Shown piece after piece: positions 52,381 through 64,000 of a stretch of DNA of 64,000 nucleotides. Position 1 is the first letter of the stretch. Each line of letters opens with the position of its first letter. Made by a program: the position numbers and the translations under genes. The stretch covers positions 9,984,001 to 10,048,000 of the forward strand of contig CM075996.1 in assembly GCA_038087875.1 (NCBI GenBank), written 5' to 3'. The notes beneath the pieces were generated by a model. That model was given only the letters and a program-made list of their open reading frames with translations. It searched no databases and was not told the DNA's origin. This DNA comes from Malacoraja senta (lineage: Eukaryota).

Positions 52381-52753
52381 GGCACAAGGGCGCAGCGGGT
52401 AGAGCCGCTGCCTCACGGCGCCAGAGCTCTGGGTTCGATCCTGGCCTCCGACCCTGTCTGTGTGAAGTTTTCATGTCCTTCCTGTGACTCCGTGGGTTTC
52501 CTCCGGGTGCTCCGGTTTCCTCCCACATCCCAAAGACGTGCGGGATTGTAGGTTAATTGGCCCTCTGTAAATTGCCCCCTAGTGAGTAGGGAGTGGATGG
52601 GAAGGTGGGATAACATAGAACTAATTGGTTTGGTATAAGTGTAAATTGTCCCTCGAGTGTGTGGAACAGTGTTAGTGTGCAGGGAGCGCTGGTCGGTGCG
52701 GACTTGGTGGGCCGAAGGGCCTGTTTCTTGCTGTATCTCTAATCTAAACTAAA
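52381..52753 (+). mobile_element. V-SINE with a duplicated 3' region
   Basis: Head, B box, two gtaaattg.ccc blocks and tail. Confidence 0.75.
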
Positions 52754-53273
52754 CTGGTGCGAAGGTGCTATCGACTGTGGCCGTGGATAGTGGGCCGAAG
52801 GGCCTGAGTCCACGCGGCATCCTTCAATCAACTCAAATCAATTAAAAAAAGACCAAACTCGAGGCAGACATCAGCGGAGGTCAGGATCGAACCTGGGCCT
52901 CTGGCGCTGTGAGGCAGCGACTCTGCCAGCTGCACCAACCCTGACACCTCAACCCAGACAGTAGGTTCCACTTCCTGTCTGTGCAGGATGATTGTGGGGC
53001 TGAGGGTACAGAAACCCTGCGTTTCCTCCTCTCCTGCCCCCCCCCCCCACTCCACCTGCTGTCTTTACTTCTCTCTATCTCTGCTCCCCAGCTGTGTGGT
53101 GCTGAGTCCTCTACCCAGCTCTCCAGCCTAGGAAACATCTGCACAACACTGTCGCTCGCGCCTGGTGCACTGCTAAATTGGGACCATGAGCTGTTTATAT
53201 ATTAGTAATCAGCCTCATCTTACAGCTTGCTTCATGCCTCAGGGAACACTAATGGCTTTCCGGTGATTTAATT

Positions 53274-54447
53274 GAGTTTAGAGATACACTGCGGAAACAG
53301 GCCTTTCGGCCCACCATGACGACCAGCGATCCCTGCACCTTAACACACTATTCTACACTAGGGATAATTTTTTTTGCATTTATACCAAGCCAGTAACCTA
53401 CAAACCTGTACGTCTTTGGATGTGTGGGAGGAAACCGAAGTTCTCAGAGTAAACCCACGCAGTCACGGGGAGAACGTACAAACTCCGTACAGACAGCACC
53501 TGTAGTCGGGATCGAACCCGGGTCTCTGGTACTGTAGGCGCTGTATGATGGCTGCCTCGCCAGTGGTCTGTCTCATCTTTTTCATTCTTGGTGTTTTTAG
53601 TTTGTTGTAAAGTGTATGTTTTAGTTTATCTTTAGTTTTGTATCATATGGGGGGGGGGGGGGGGGTAGGGAAACTTTTTAAATCTCTTTCCTCGACGGAG
53701 ATGCGACTTTTTCTGTGTCGTATCTCCGTCAGCACTGCAGCCTAACATCGTGGAGCTGGCGGCCTCTTTCTGGGACCTCGGGAGTTCCAACCATTGGAGC
53801 CTGCTTAAGGATAAGGGGAAAATCCTTTAAGACCGAGATGAGGAAAAACTTTTTCACACAGAGAGTGGTGAATCTCTGGAACTCTCTGCCACAGAGGGTA
53901 GTTGAGGCCAGTTCATTGGCTATATTTAAGAGGGAATTAGATGTGGCCCTTGTGGCTAAAGGGATCAGGGGGTATGGAGAGAAGGCAGGTACGGGATACT
54001 GAGTTGGATGATCAGCCATGATCGTATTGAATGGCGGTGCAGGCTCGAAGGGCCGAATGGCCTACTCCTGCACCTAATTTCTATGTATCTATGTATCTAT
54101 AACATCGTGGAGCTCGCGGTCCCGGGATAGAGACCAACTTCGGGAGCTTCGACCGCCCCGACGTGGGAGCTTCGATCGCCCCGACTGCCGATGCTTCAAC
54201 TTCCCTGACCGCGGGAGTAAAAGAGGAAAGAAGATAAGACTTTATTGCCTTCCATCACAGTGGGGAGTGTGGAGGAATCGCTGTGGTGGATGTTTATGTC
54301 AAATTTTATGTAGTTGTGTGTCTTGTTGCTTTTTTGGTATGGCCCGTATGGCAAATCAAATTCCCCGTATGTTGCAAAATATACTTGGCTAATCAATTAC
54401 AATTATGATTATGATTATGATTAAGGCAGCAACTCTACCGCTGTTCC
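53274..54447. mobile_element. Three-level nest: V-SINE (minus) containing a non-coding retroposon (about 53545-54421, plus) containing a CR1 3' end (about 53805-54100)
   Basis: The SINE breaks at ggcgctgta and resumes taaggcagcaactctaccgctg at 54422; the middle element ends in (ATTATG)n. Confidence 0.75.
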
Positions 54448-55292
54448 ACAAAAGATAATCTGGTGTGTGGAATGGTCTGGTGCATCTGGACCCTACCCCG
54501 AAAGTGCTGGAGCAGCTCAGCGGGGCAGGCAGCATCTCTGGAGAACGTAGATAGATGACATGTCTGGTTGGAAACCCTCCTTCTGCTGATTGTGGTGGGG
54601 GGGGGGGGGGAGGGGGGGGGAGGTGGGGGGGTGGTGGTTTGGGGGGAGTGAAAGCTGGAAGAGAGGAGCGGAAGGACTTAGATTGATTAGTAGGACTGGA
54701 TGTTACAATCCCTACGGTTTTTCACTACAATTGACATTTGGTATTCTTGGGGGTGACCACGAGGTGATTTTGCTACCAATCAGACACATCTTCAGTTGTG
54801 TACCTCAACCTCACTGGGTGTTTCGGCCTTTTATCACAAGACACCCTCAGTCGAGGCAGGCCCACCGCAGGGTGATCAGACCTGGGTGTGTGTCTTATGG
54901 TTAGCCTCTAGATGGTCACGTGGCAGCCCAGACACCATCTTTTCTCTTGATTAATACCGGTGTCAGGGGTTATGGGGAGAAGGAAGGAGAATGGGGTTGT
55001 TAAGGGAAAGATAGATCAGCCATGATTGAATGGTGGAGTGGACTTGATGGGCCGAATGGCCTAATTCTGCTCCTATGACTTATCAACTTATGAACTGCTA
55101 AGTTTACACACAAATCATCCAAGGAGCTGGTGGTAAATCCCTAGATCACTGCCAGTTAATGTACTGTAGTTGATTTAATAATGGGAAGATTTAATTAAGA
55201 GAAAGATTTAATAGGAACATAAGCGACAACCTTTTCACTCAGTAAGTGGTTGGTATGGGGACCAAGCTGGGAGAGGAGGTAGTTGAGGCAGG

Positions 55293-56452
55293 TTTAGTCA
55301 TCACAGGAAATAGACTATTGACTGAAGTCTATTACAAACCCACTGACTCCCACAACTATCTAGACTACACTTCTTCCCACCCTGCTTCCTGCAAAGACTC
55401 TATCCCCTACTCCCAATTCCTCCGTCTACACCGCATCTGCGCCCAAGATGAGGTGTTCCATACTAGAACATCCGAGATGTCCTCATTCTTTAGGGAACGG
55501 GGGTTCCCCTCTCACACCTTAGATGAGGCCCTCGCTCGTGTCTCCTCGGTACCTCGCAGCTCCGGCCTTCCTCCTCCCCCCCCCAAAGCTTACTTTCCAC
55601 CCCATCAGCCGTCGTATACAACGCACAATCCTCCGAAATTCCCGCCACCTCCAAGCGGATCCCACCACTAGTCACCATCTTTCCATCACCACCTCTTTCC
55701 GCCTTCTGCAGAGACCGTTCCCTCCGCAACTCCCTGGTTAACTCGTCCCTTCCCACTCAAACCACCCGCTCCCCAGGTACCTTCCCCTGCAACCGCAGAA
55801 GATACAACACCTGTCCCAATACTTCCTCCCTCGACTCTGTCCAGGGACCCCGACAGTCCTTTCAGGTTGGGTAGAGGTTCACTTGCACCTCCTCCAACCT
55901 CATCTACTGTATCTGTTGTTCAAGATGGGGACTCTTGCGAGACCAAACGCAGACTGGGCAATCATTTCACGGAACACCTTTGATCAGTCCGCCTGAACCA
56001 ACCTGATCTCCCGGTTGCTAAACACTTTAATTCTCCTTCCCATTCCTACACTGACCTTTCTGTCCTCTGTCTCCTCCATTGTCAGAGTGAGGATAAACAC
56101 AAATTGGAGGAACAGCATCTCATATTTCGCTTGGGCAGCTTACAGCCCAGTAGTATGAATATTGAGGTAGCCCCGGCATTCTCTCTCTCTCTATCCCTCC
56201 CTCACACAAGTCAAACTAGCTTCTCATTTTCACCCTACAAACAACTTACAGTGGCCTGTTTCCTTTATCATTGTTACTTTTTTGCATATCTTTCATTCAT
56301 TGTTCTTTATCTCTCTACATCACCGTCTATATCTCTCATTTCCCTTATCCCTAACCAGTCTGAAGAAGGGTCTCGACCCGAAATGTCACCCATTCCTTCT
56401 CTCCAGAGATGCTGCCTGTCCCGGTGAGACACTCCAGCTTTTTGTGTCTATC
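55293..56452 (+). mobile_element. Penelope-like element, 3' portion (RT thumb, GIY-YIG, pLTR), degraded
   Basis: VYYKPTDSHNYLDYTSSHPASCKDSIPYSQFLRL motif; RFTCTSSNLIYC; hammerhead-type core at about 56360-56387. Confidence 0.9.
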
Positions 56453-56454
56453 TT

Positions 56455-56794
56455 TAGGTTAGGTTAGTTTAGTTTAGTTTAGTTTAGTTTAGTTTAGTTT
56501 AGAGATACAGCGTAGAAATAGGCCCTTCGGTCCACCGAGTCCGCACCGACCAGCGATCCCTGCACGTTAACACTATCCTACACACACTAGGGACAATTTA
56601 CACTTGTACCAAGCCAATTAACTTACAAACTGGTACCTCTTTGGAGTATGGAAGGAAACCAAAGATATCAGAGAAATCCCACACAGGTCACAGGGAGAAC
56701 GTACAAACTCCGTACAGACAAGCACCCGTAGTCGGGATCAAACCCGGGTCTCTGGTGCTGTGAGACAGCGACTCTACCACTACGCCACCAAGCC
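56455..56794 (-). mobile_element. HE1-like V-SINE with a long (TAAAC)n tail
   Basis: Full-length. Confidence 0.85.
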
Positions 56795-56984
56795 GTAGCT
56801 ATTACAACAATTATAAAAGACAATTATAAAAAATCTTCTGCCATTTATTGATCCTTGGATAAGTTCTACTGCTGTGCAGCAGTTGCCTGGAGAGATATAT
56901 TTTACAAATCGCGATGTACCAGCAGTCAACATATGCTGTAGATTCGGTATCTTACCCTTCCATCCACTAAATACAGTACATAGT

Positions 56985-57460
56985 CTTTATTTAATAAATC
57001 AAAATAAACATTATTCAGGATAAAAATATAATTTCTCTGACATTCTCCGTGGGTACACATACATTTGTTAGCGTTACATTTGGTAGTGTTCCCAAGAACC
57101 ATAATTTTACCCCACCCTTGCCACTCATGTGGGCCAATGGCGTGGAATCCCTTCCCTTATTTTGAGGGGCGTCTCCACCACACTCTGCCCCCCATGTCCA
57201 GCACCGGGAGGACCCTAGACTGTGGTCCTCCCCCACCGAGCCTTGGCATTGGCTGCACCAAGCTTCAGTGAGTCCCTCAGCACGTACTCCTGCAGTCTGC
57301 AGCGGGCCAGTCGGCAACATTCCCCGACGGACATCTCGCTCTGCTGGGTGGTGAACAACGCTCGGGCAGACCAAAGAGCGTCTTTCACCGCGTTGATAAC
57401 CTTCCAGCAGCACTCGATGTCAGTCTCTGAATGTGTCCCTGGGAACAGTCCGTAAATCAC
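56985..57460 (-). mobile_element. Tx1-clade LINE 3' end
   Basis: YGLFPGTHSETDIECCWKVINAVKDALWSAR...ECCRLAR...YVLRDSLKLGAANAKARWG-type C-terminus; UTR ends at AATAAA (about 56987). Confidence 0.75.
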
Positions 57461-57835
57461 AGGATCGGAGAGGTTCAGGGAGGGATAGGTTTAGAGGGAT
57501 ATGAACCAAGCTCAGGCAAATGGGACCAGTGTAGATGGGGCATCTTTGTCAGCATTGGGCAAGTTGGGCTGAAGGGCCTATTTCTGTGCTCAATGACTCT
57601 GAGGGGGAAGGTTTTCACAGACAGGGTGCTGGCATCAGGACCATCTTGGGCCGAATGACCTGTTTCCATGCTGTATGACCCAATGATTGGCCGGGTTGGT
57701 TGGCATGCTGGCCGAGAGTTGGGTGTTGCTGTTGCTTCACCAGTTGGTGATTCCGGTAATCTTTACATGGTTCTGGTAATCTTTGAATAATATATTTTTT
57801 AATTTTTAAATTTTTTAAAATTTTTTTTAAATTAA

Positions 57836-58561
57836 TTTATTGAACATGTTAAAAAAATACAAACACAAATAAACTTATAAGCAATAAAAAAGAAAATAAA
57901 ACACAAAGGAAAACAAACAAATAAGTACCTCAAATAATACAAATAATATCGTTCATGTTCAAAAGGGGTTAGAAGAAGTTCGAAAACTTTTCTGGTCCTA
58001 CCCCCTCTTATTTTCTATACATTTTCGTGGAAAAACAAAATAATGGGAACAAATAGACCCAAAATCTGTTGAACAGTCCACAAACAAGAAATAACCAAAC
58101 AGAAAAGAAAATCACTGGTCCAGCTCATAACCATTCAATCTTTTGTTTCTGAAGAGTGTTTTTAGTTTGAATAGAGTCTTACATTATTTCAGCTCATCAT
58201 GGCAGTTATTCCAGAGACTAACACCCTTTGCTGTAACACAATGGAGTTTTGCATTAGTTGTTATTGCCGGTTTTTCGAATATATAGGTTCTTCTCAGGTT
58301 GTGTTTGCTTTCTCTCCGTTGGAACAACCCCTGGATATTACAAGGCAATTGATGATTTGCTGCTTTGAACAGAATTTGGATAGTTTTATAATCTGTCAGA
58401 TCTTGAAATTTTAATGTTTTTAGTCTGATAAATAATGGTTTTGTTGATTGTCTGTAGGTGGTTTTATGTATAATTCGTATTGCTCATTTTTGGAGGATGA
58501 AGATTGGATGTGTATTTGTTTTGTATGTGTTTCCCCATACCTCCACACAGTAGATCATGTA
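57836..58561 (-). mobile_element. Crack/L2-group LINE 3' end, degraded
   Basis: 58561-58112 reads YCVEVWGNTYKT...ILQK*AIRII...KPLFIRLKTLKFQDL...GVSLWN, with two internal stops; AT-rich UTR. Confidence 0.75.
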
Positions 58562-59224
58562 TTTAACAGCACAAAGGAAATGGTCGTCCTAGTCCCTACC
58601 TGTTTCCTGTTCTGTTCTTTCCCGCCATTTGCATAGCAGCTCATTTGCATCTTTGTACTTTTTGTGCGAGATCAGAGCTGCCCTGAAACTAACTCCAGGA
58701 GTGTGTTGTCTTCCTTTGATCATGATTAGTGTTCATGGGTGATGTTTCGGGTTGAACAGAGATGTTTTAAAAAGCAGCTAACTTCCAGCTAACAATGATC
58801 TATTCTCCATTTTCCTTGATCTCCATTCTCTTTGTCCTATTTTCACACCTTACACTTCCTTATCTTTGCATCTCCCTCTCCGCTGACATCAGTCTGAAGA
58901 AGGATCTCGACTCAAAAAGTCGAGATCCTTCCGTTCCTTCTATCCAGAGATGCTGCCTGTCCCGTTGAGTTACTCCAGCATTTTGTGTCTATCTTCGGTT
59001 TAAACCAGCATCTGCAGTTCCTTCCTACACATTAGTGTTCATGATCTCCACTGAGGATAGACACAAAAAGCTGGAGTAATTCGGCAGGTCAGGCAGCATC
59101 TCTGGAGGGAAGGAATGGGTGATGTTTCAGGTCGAGACCCTTCTTCAGATCTTCATGGTCTCCACTGATAGTTTTGTCTAGAGTTCCCCAGGTCCCTTCC
59201 GGTCCCACAACCTGAAGACAGGAC

Positions 59225-59715
59225 CTCATCTTTCCAACCTCATCTATTGCATCCGCTGCTCTAGATGTCAGCTGATCTACATCGGTGAGACCAAGCGTAG
59301 GCTTGGCGATCTATTCGCCGAACACCTCCGCTCGGTCCGCAATAACCAACCTGATCTCCTGGTGGCTCAGCACTTCAACTCCCCCTCCCATTCCGAATCC
59401 GACCTTTCTGTCCTGGGCCTCCTCCATTGCCAGAGTGAGCACCACCGGAAATTGGAGGAGCAGCACCTCATATTTAGCTTGGGCAGTTTATACCCCAGCG
59501 GCATGATCATTGACCTCCAATTTCCGGTAGCCCTTCTTGTCTCCTCCCCTTCTCAGCTCTCCCTCAGCCCTCTGGCTCCATCTCTTCCTTTCTTCTTCCT
59601 GCCCCCCCCCCCACCCTACATCAGTCTGAAGAAGGGTTTCGGCCCGAAACGTTGCCTATTTCCTTCGCTCCATAGATGCTGCTGCACCCGCTGAGTTTCT
59701 CCAGCACTTTTGTCT
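59225..59715 (+). mobile_element. Penelope 3' fragment with 15-bp TSD
   Basis: NLIYCIRCSRCQLIYIGETKRRLGD; ACCTGAAGACAGGAC at 59210-59224 and 59716-59730. Confidence 0.9.
59622..59656 (+). ncRNA. Minimal hammerhead ribozyme motif (representative intact copy)
   Basis: CUGAAGA-A-GGGU(UUCG)GCCC-GAAA-CG-UU: conserved core, 4-bp stem II and palindromic ACGU in place of stem III, located in a Penelope terminal repeat. Stem I pairing is weak. Confidence 0.65.
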
Positions 59716-59789
59716 ACCTGAAGACAGGACAACCTGCTACAGTATATTCAGGGGCACAGGAGCTGAGAAGCCAGAGGCAGTGAGATACG

Positions 59790-60450
59790 TTCATAAGTTG
59801 TCGCGGCACAAGTAGGCCATTCGGCCCATCATGTCTGCTCTGTTCTCCTGTTCAATCATGTCTCCTGTTCAATCTCTGTTCAATCATGGCTGATCTATCT
59901 CTCCCTCCTAACCCCATTCTCCTGCCTTCTCCCCATAACCCTAACACCTGCACTAATCAAGAATCTATCTATCGCCGCCTTAAAAATATCCACTGACTTG
60001 ACCTCCACTGCTGTCTGTGGCAATGAATTACACAGATTCACCACCCTCTGACAAAAGAAATTCCCTCTCATCTCCTTTCTAAGGGTATGTTCTTTTATTC
60101 TCAGGCTTTGTCCTCTGGTCCTAGGCTCCCCCACTAATGGAAATGTCCTTTCCACATTCACTCTATCCAAGCCTTTCACTATTTGGTAACTTTCAATGAG
60201 GTACCCCCTCATCCTTCTAAACTCCAGCGAGTACAGGCCCAGTGCCGTCAAACGCTCATCATACGTTAACCCACTCATCTCTGGCATCATTCTAGTAAAC
60301 CTCTAGTCCCTCTCCAGAGCCAGCACATCCTTCCTCAGATATGGTGCCCAAAATTGCTCACAATGCTCCAAATGTGGCCTGACCAGTGCCTTATAGAGCC
60401 TCAGCATCACATCCCTGTTTTCATATTCTAGTCCTCTTGATATAAACGGC
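59790..60450 (-). mobile_element. CR1 3' fragment
   Basis: ORF 59895-60290: LGLYSLEFRRMRG...QRVVNL.NSLPQ. Confidence 0.9.
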
Positions 60451-62561
60451 AGCTGATCACAGGAGTGTGGGAACATGGTTCATCAGTGGATAGACACACA
60501 GTGCTGGAGTAACTCAGCGGGTCAGGCAGCATCTCTGGAGAAAAAGGATGGGTGACGTTTCGTGTCGGTGCCATTTTTCAGACTGAAGGATTTACAAAAT
60601 GTCAAACAAATTCTTGCAAGTTCTCAAGCCTTGCCCAGTGAGGAGAGGAAGTTCCAACCATGCTTATCGGGTTTATAACAAAATTAATTACAGGTAATTC
60701 TGCTATAATGTGTGTTTGCTCATCATGAACTGGATATAATACATTTGATGAATTAAGAACCAATATTTGTATTACATGGGCCGAATTGGTTATAATGCAA
60801 TTTTCATTGGAACTGGAAAACCACTTAAAGGTTACGATAGAAATTGACAGGTAGGAGAAAAGTTGTCTCGGAAAAACAGTGCTGGCAAAAAAATAAAACT
60901 GTTTCCATGTAACCTCCCCACAGTAATCAGACACCCAACGTCTCTTAAGAACACAGTCTGTCAGTTTCACTGCGGGAAGTTATTGAAATTGACAAGCAAT
61001 TGCTTCTATTGCCACTTGACACTATTAAACAATGTGCAGCCTTTAGTATCTTTAGCTGGCAGTAACGAAAGTAAACTCACGGCTATTAAAAAGACTTTTA
61101 GTTCTGAAAATCCTGTGGGGGAAAATAACTTTGTTTCGTGAATCTGACATACTGAGGCCGTGTCCCCTTGCCCTATTGATACATTAGTATTTATAACGTG
61201 ATTCTCTTTAACACAAAGTCACGAGGAAGTGGAGGTCGAAACAAAGAACTGCAGATGCTGGTTCATACCAAAGATAAACACAAAGTGCTGGAGTGACTCA
61301 GCGGGTCAGGCAGCATCTCTGGGGAAATCGGATGGGTGACGTTTCAAGTCGGGACCCTTATTCGTGATGTAGGTGCTGGTTAAAAAAAAAAGCACAAACT
61401 GCTGGAGTAACTCAGGAGGTCAGGCTGCATCTGTCGAGGGCATATACATGACCATCAGAGATGTTGCCTGACCCACTGAGTTGCTCCAGCACTTTGTTTC
61501 ACTCTATAAGATGGATGCAGCTATCTTGTTATTGAAGGACCACCTGCCTTTCATCTCCGTTAATAAATAACATGTTTCTGGACACTCCCTTTGTCTTCTT
61601 TAGAGTTGTAGAGTTGTACAGCATGAAAACAGGCCATTTGGCCCATGTCCTCCATGTCGACCAAGTTAGCATCCTGAGCGAGTCCCATGTGCCTACATTT
61701 GGCCCATACTCCTCCCAATCTTTCCATTCCAGACATCTCCCCCTTTTCCACTTGTCCCAACTTTATGGGCAACCATTTTTCAGACTGGAGGCCTGTGACT
61801 AGTGGTGTGCCTCAGTAATCAGTGCTGTCTGTGATTTATATCAACGATTTGGATGAGAATGTACAAGGCATGATGAGTGAGTTTGCAGATTACACTAAAG
61901 TGGGTGGTTTTGTAGATAGTGAAGTGAACAGCACCGATGATGCCAGCAATGGCCGCCTCGCCAACAGTCTGTCCCTTCCCTTCCTTCTTTGTTATTTTTT
62001 TAGCACGTGTTAAATGTATGTTTTAGTTTTCTTTAACTTGCTTTATATGGGGGGGTGGGGGGTGGGGGGTGGGGGGTGGGGGAAACTTTTTTAAAATCTC
62101 TTACCTCGACGGATTTTTTCCATATTGTATCTCTGTCCGCACTGCGGCCCCTGTCCCACTTGGGAAACCTCCACCGCGACCTCTGGCGACCTTAAGCGAC
62201 TAAAAACAAATCAAGGTCACGGTGACCTACGACCTTCCTCGACTATGTGAACGACCTCCTACGACTATGTTGAAGACCTCCCTCGACTATGAAGAAGACC
62301 TCCTTCGACCTCCTTCGACCTCCTTCGACTATGTTGAAGACTGGCTTCGACCATGTACGTTTTACTCGAGGATGGACTCTGGTAAATTGGTCCGCGAATG
62401 AGCACGACCCCCTTCCACCTCAGAGGACCACACCGAAAACCAACGACGACCAGTGACGAGTGTCTACAGCTCAAATGATCACCTGATAAAATGATGTCAT
62501 GTCTGCATTTTTTTCTCACTAAAATATGCCTCCCAGGTTTTAAAAAAAATCATTCTAAACC

Positions 62562-62835
62562 ATGCAAGCAAGGAGGGAACTAGTTTGGAGGATGTTAGTA
62601 AAAATACAACTGCTGCTGTTTGCAGTAGCCCTTTTGCTTCAGCAGCCTTTTAAGAAAGACAGAAGGGTAAGAGCAAGGGTGAAGAGGAAGCACAAGAAGA
62701 GGTCTCAGTGGGTGAATGGAGATGATGTGATGAACTGTCCCAGTACACCAGATGACTGGAAGAGAGTGGCGCTGGGCTTTGACAAAAGATGGAACTTTAA
62801 GCACACGTGTGGGGCAGTGGATGGCAAGCATGCCA
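62562..62835 (+). pseudogene. Harbinger DDE transposase remnant
   Basis: N-terminus fused to CPSTPDDWKRVALGFDKRWNFKHTCGAVDGKH, the WNF..C.GA.DGKH motif containing the first catalytic Asp; truncated immediately after. Confidence 0.85.
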
Positions 62836-63253
62836 TTCTTGTCCCTGTCCCTGTACCCCTCATTTTCCTTATCGTACAGGATGGCATTCTGCTGGAACCA
62901 TTCCTCAAGGCCCCCCTCCTGCTGCCTGGTGAAGGTGTAGGGCATATCCTTCCTCCAGCCCTCCCTCACCACCAATGGGGCATCTGCCTCTGATGCTGTG
63001 TCAGACACAGGGGAAAGGGCTGCTTTGCTGCCTTCAAATGAGGCAGTGAAGGATGGGGTGGTGGTGGGGACATATACTACCACCCCGGTCTCCTCCTCCA
63101 GGGGTCTCTCATGCAGGCCTACCTCCTCCTGCACTATCACCTCCTGTGGCATCACCTCCGGCCACTCCTCCTCCTGGGTGGGCAACACCTGCATGGCAGG
63201 TTTTTTTGAGGGTTGTGCCCTTCCCTTCTGTGCTGCTGCCTTTTTGGTGCCAT
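62836..63253 (-). pseudogene. Harbinger MADF/Myb-SANT DNA-binding gene remnant
   Basis: FTRQQEGGLEEWFQQNAILYDKENEGYRDRDK resembles the MADF N-terminal half (LYD...Y.D). Probable original start ATG at 63253 (MAPK...), now 1 nt out of frame. Confidence 0.7.
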
Positions 63254-64000
63254 CTCTAAAACAACTCTCCAGCTATGAATGAACATGCCTTGGAGTGACA
63301 TAGGTGATGTTCTGCTGTTTAGATTACCTTTTTATTTCTACTGACCTTTTTTTCACCCCGGAGCTATTACCTTCGACTACCTTCGACCACCTTCGAGTAC
63401 CTACGACTAGCATCACGACCTACTACGACCGGCTTCGACTAGACCTACGACTAAAAAAATATAGATGTTTCCCACGGCGACCTATTTTTAGTCGCGGTCA
63501 ATTTTGAACATCTTGAAAAATAAGCCGCGACCTAGCTGAAACCTCGACTACGCGGAGACCACTCTCGTGCATGAAGGAGAGTGACAAAGACCTCCTACGA
63601 CCTCATGGCGACCTTGCCGCGACTATGGGTCGCGGTGGAGGTCTCCCAAGTGGGACAGGCCCTTCACATCGAGGAGCTGGCGGCCTCTGCTGAAGACCGA
63701 CTTCGGGGAGCTCTTCAGACTGAAGAAGGGTCTCGACCCGAAACATCACCCATTCCTTCTCTTCAGAGATGCTGCCTGTCCTGCTGAGTTATTTTGTGTC
63801 TATAATTATTTCAACATTTAAAAGATATTTGGACAGGTACATGGATAGGACAGGTTTAGAGGGTTACGGGCCAAACACACGGAACTGAAACTATGTTGGA
63901 TAGGACATCTTGGTCAGCAGGGGAAAATTGGGCGGTTGGGCATGTTTCTGCGCAGTCTGACTATGACTATTTCTCTCATTATCCTGCCTCTCCTTTCCTG

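Larger units (their letters stand above)
62149..63663. mobile_element. Internally deleted PIF/Harbinger transposon
   Basis: TIRs cctgtcccacttgggaaacctccaccgcgacc / ggtcgcggtggaggtctcccaagtgggacaggccct; subterminal cttcgac/ctacgac repeats; two convergent gene remnants. Confidence 0.9.

Noticed and set aside
60689..60810. TA-CAGGTAATTCTG start resembling a Tc1/pogo-type TIR
   Set aside because: No matching right-hand TIR found in the window.

Overview
Eukaryotic, repeat-dominated DNA, most likely from a cartilaginous fish (skate or ray). This is inferred from HE1-like V-SINEs, their CR1 partner LINE and abundant Penelope remnants. The only well-supported host coding sequence is three phase-compatible + strand exons (752-831, 3113-3204, 5739-5963) forming the 3' end of a gene I cannot name. 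The rest is nested transposon debris: CR1, Rex1/Babar, L1, Tx1, a Crack/L2-type LINE, Penelope (GIY-YIG), a solo LTR and Harbinger elements, plus very large TG/CA simple-sequence arrays. About 6.4 kb (26376-32829) recurs almost identically at 38421-44827 across a 200-N gap, probably two haplotypes assembled in tandem. The most notable biology is (i) many short Penelope terminal-repeat elements with a minimal hammerhead ribozyme core, often with their own target-site duplications (TSDs) and fold-back geometry, and (ii) a Harbinger family sharing one TIR: an internally deleted two-gene element (transposase plus MADF/Myb protein) and two different MITEs. The long His/Thr and Val/Cys ORFs are microsatellite artefacts. 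All assignments were made by eye; TE boundaries are approximate unless a TSD is quoted.
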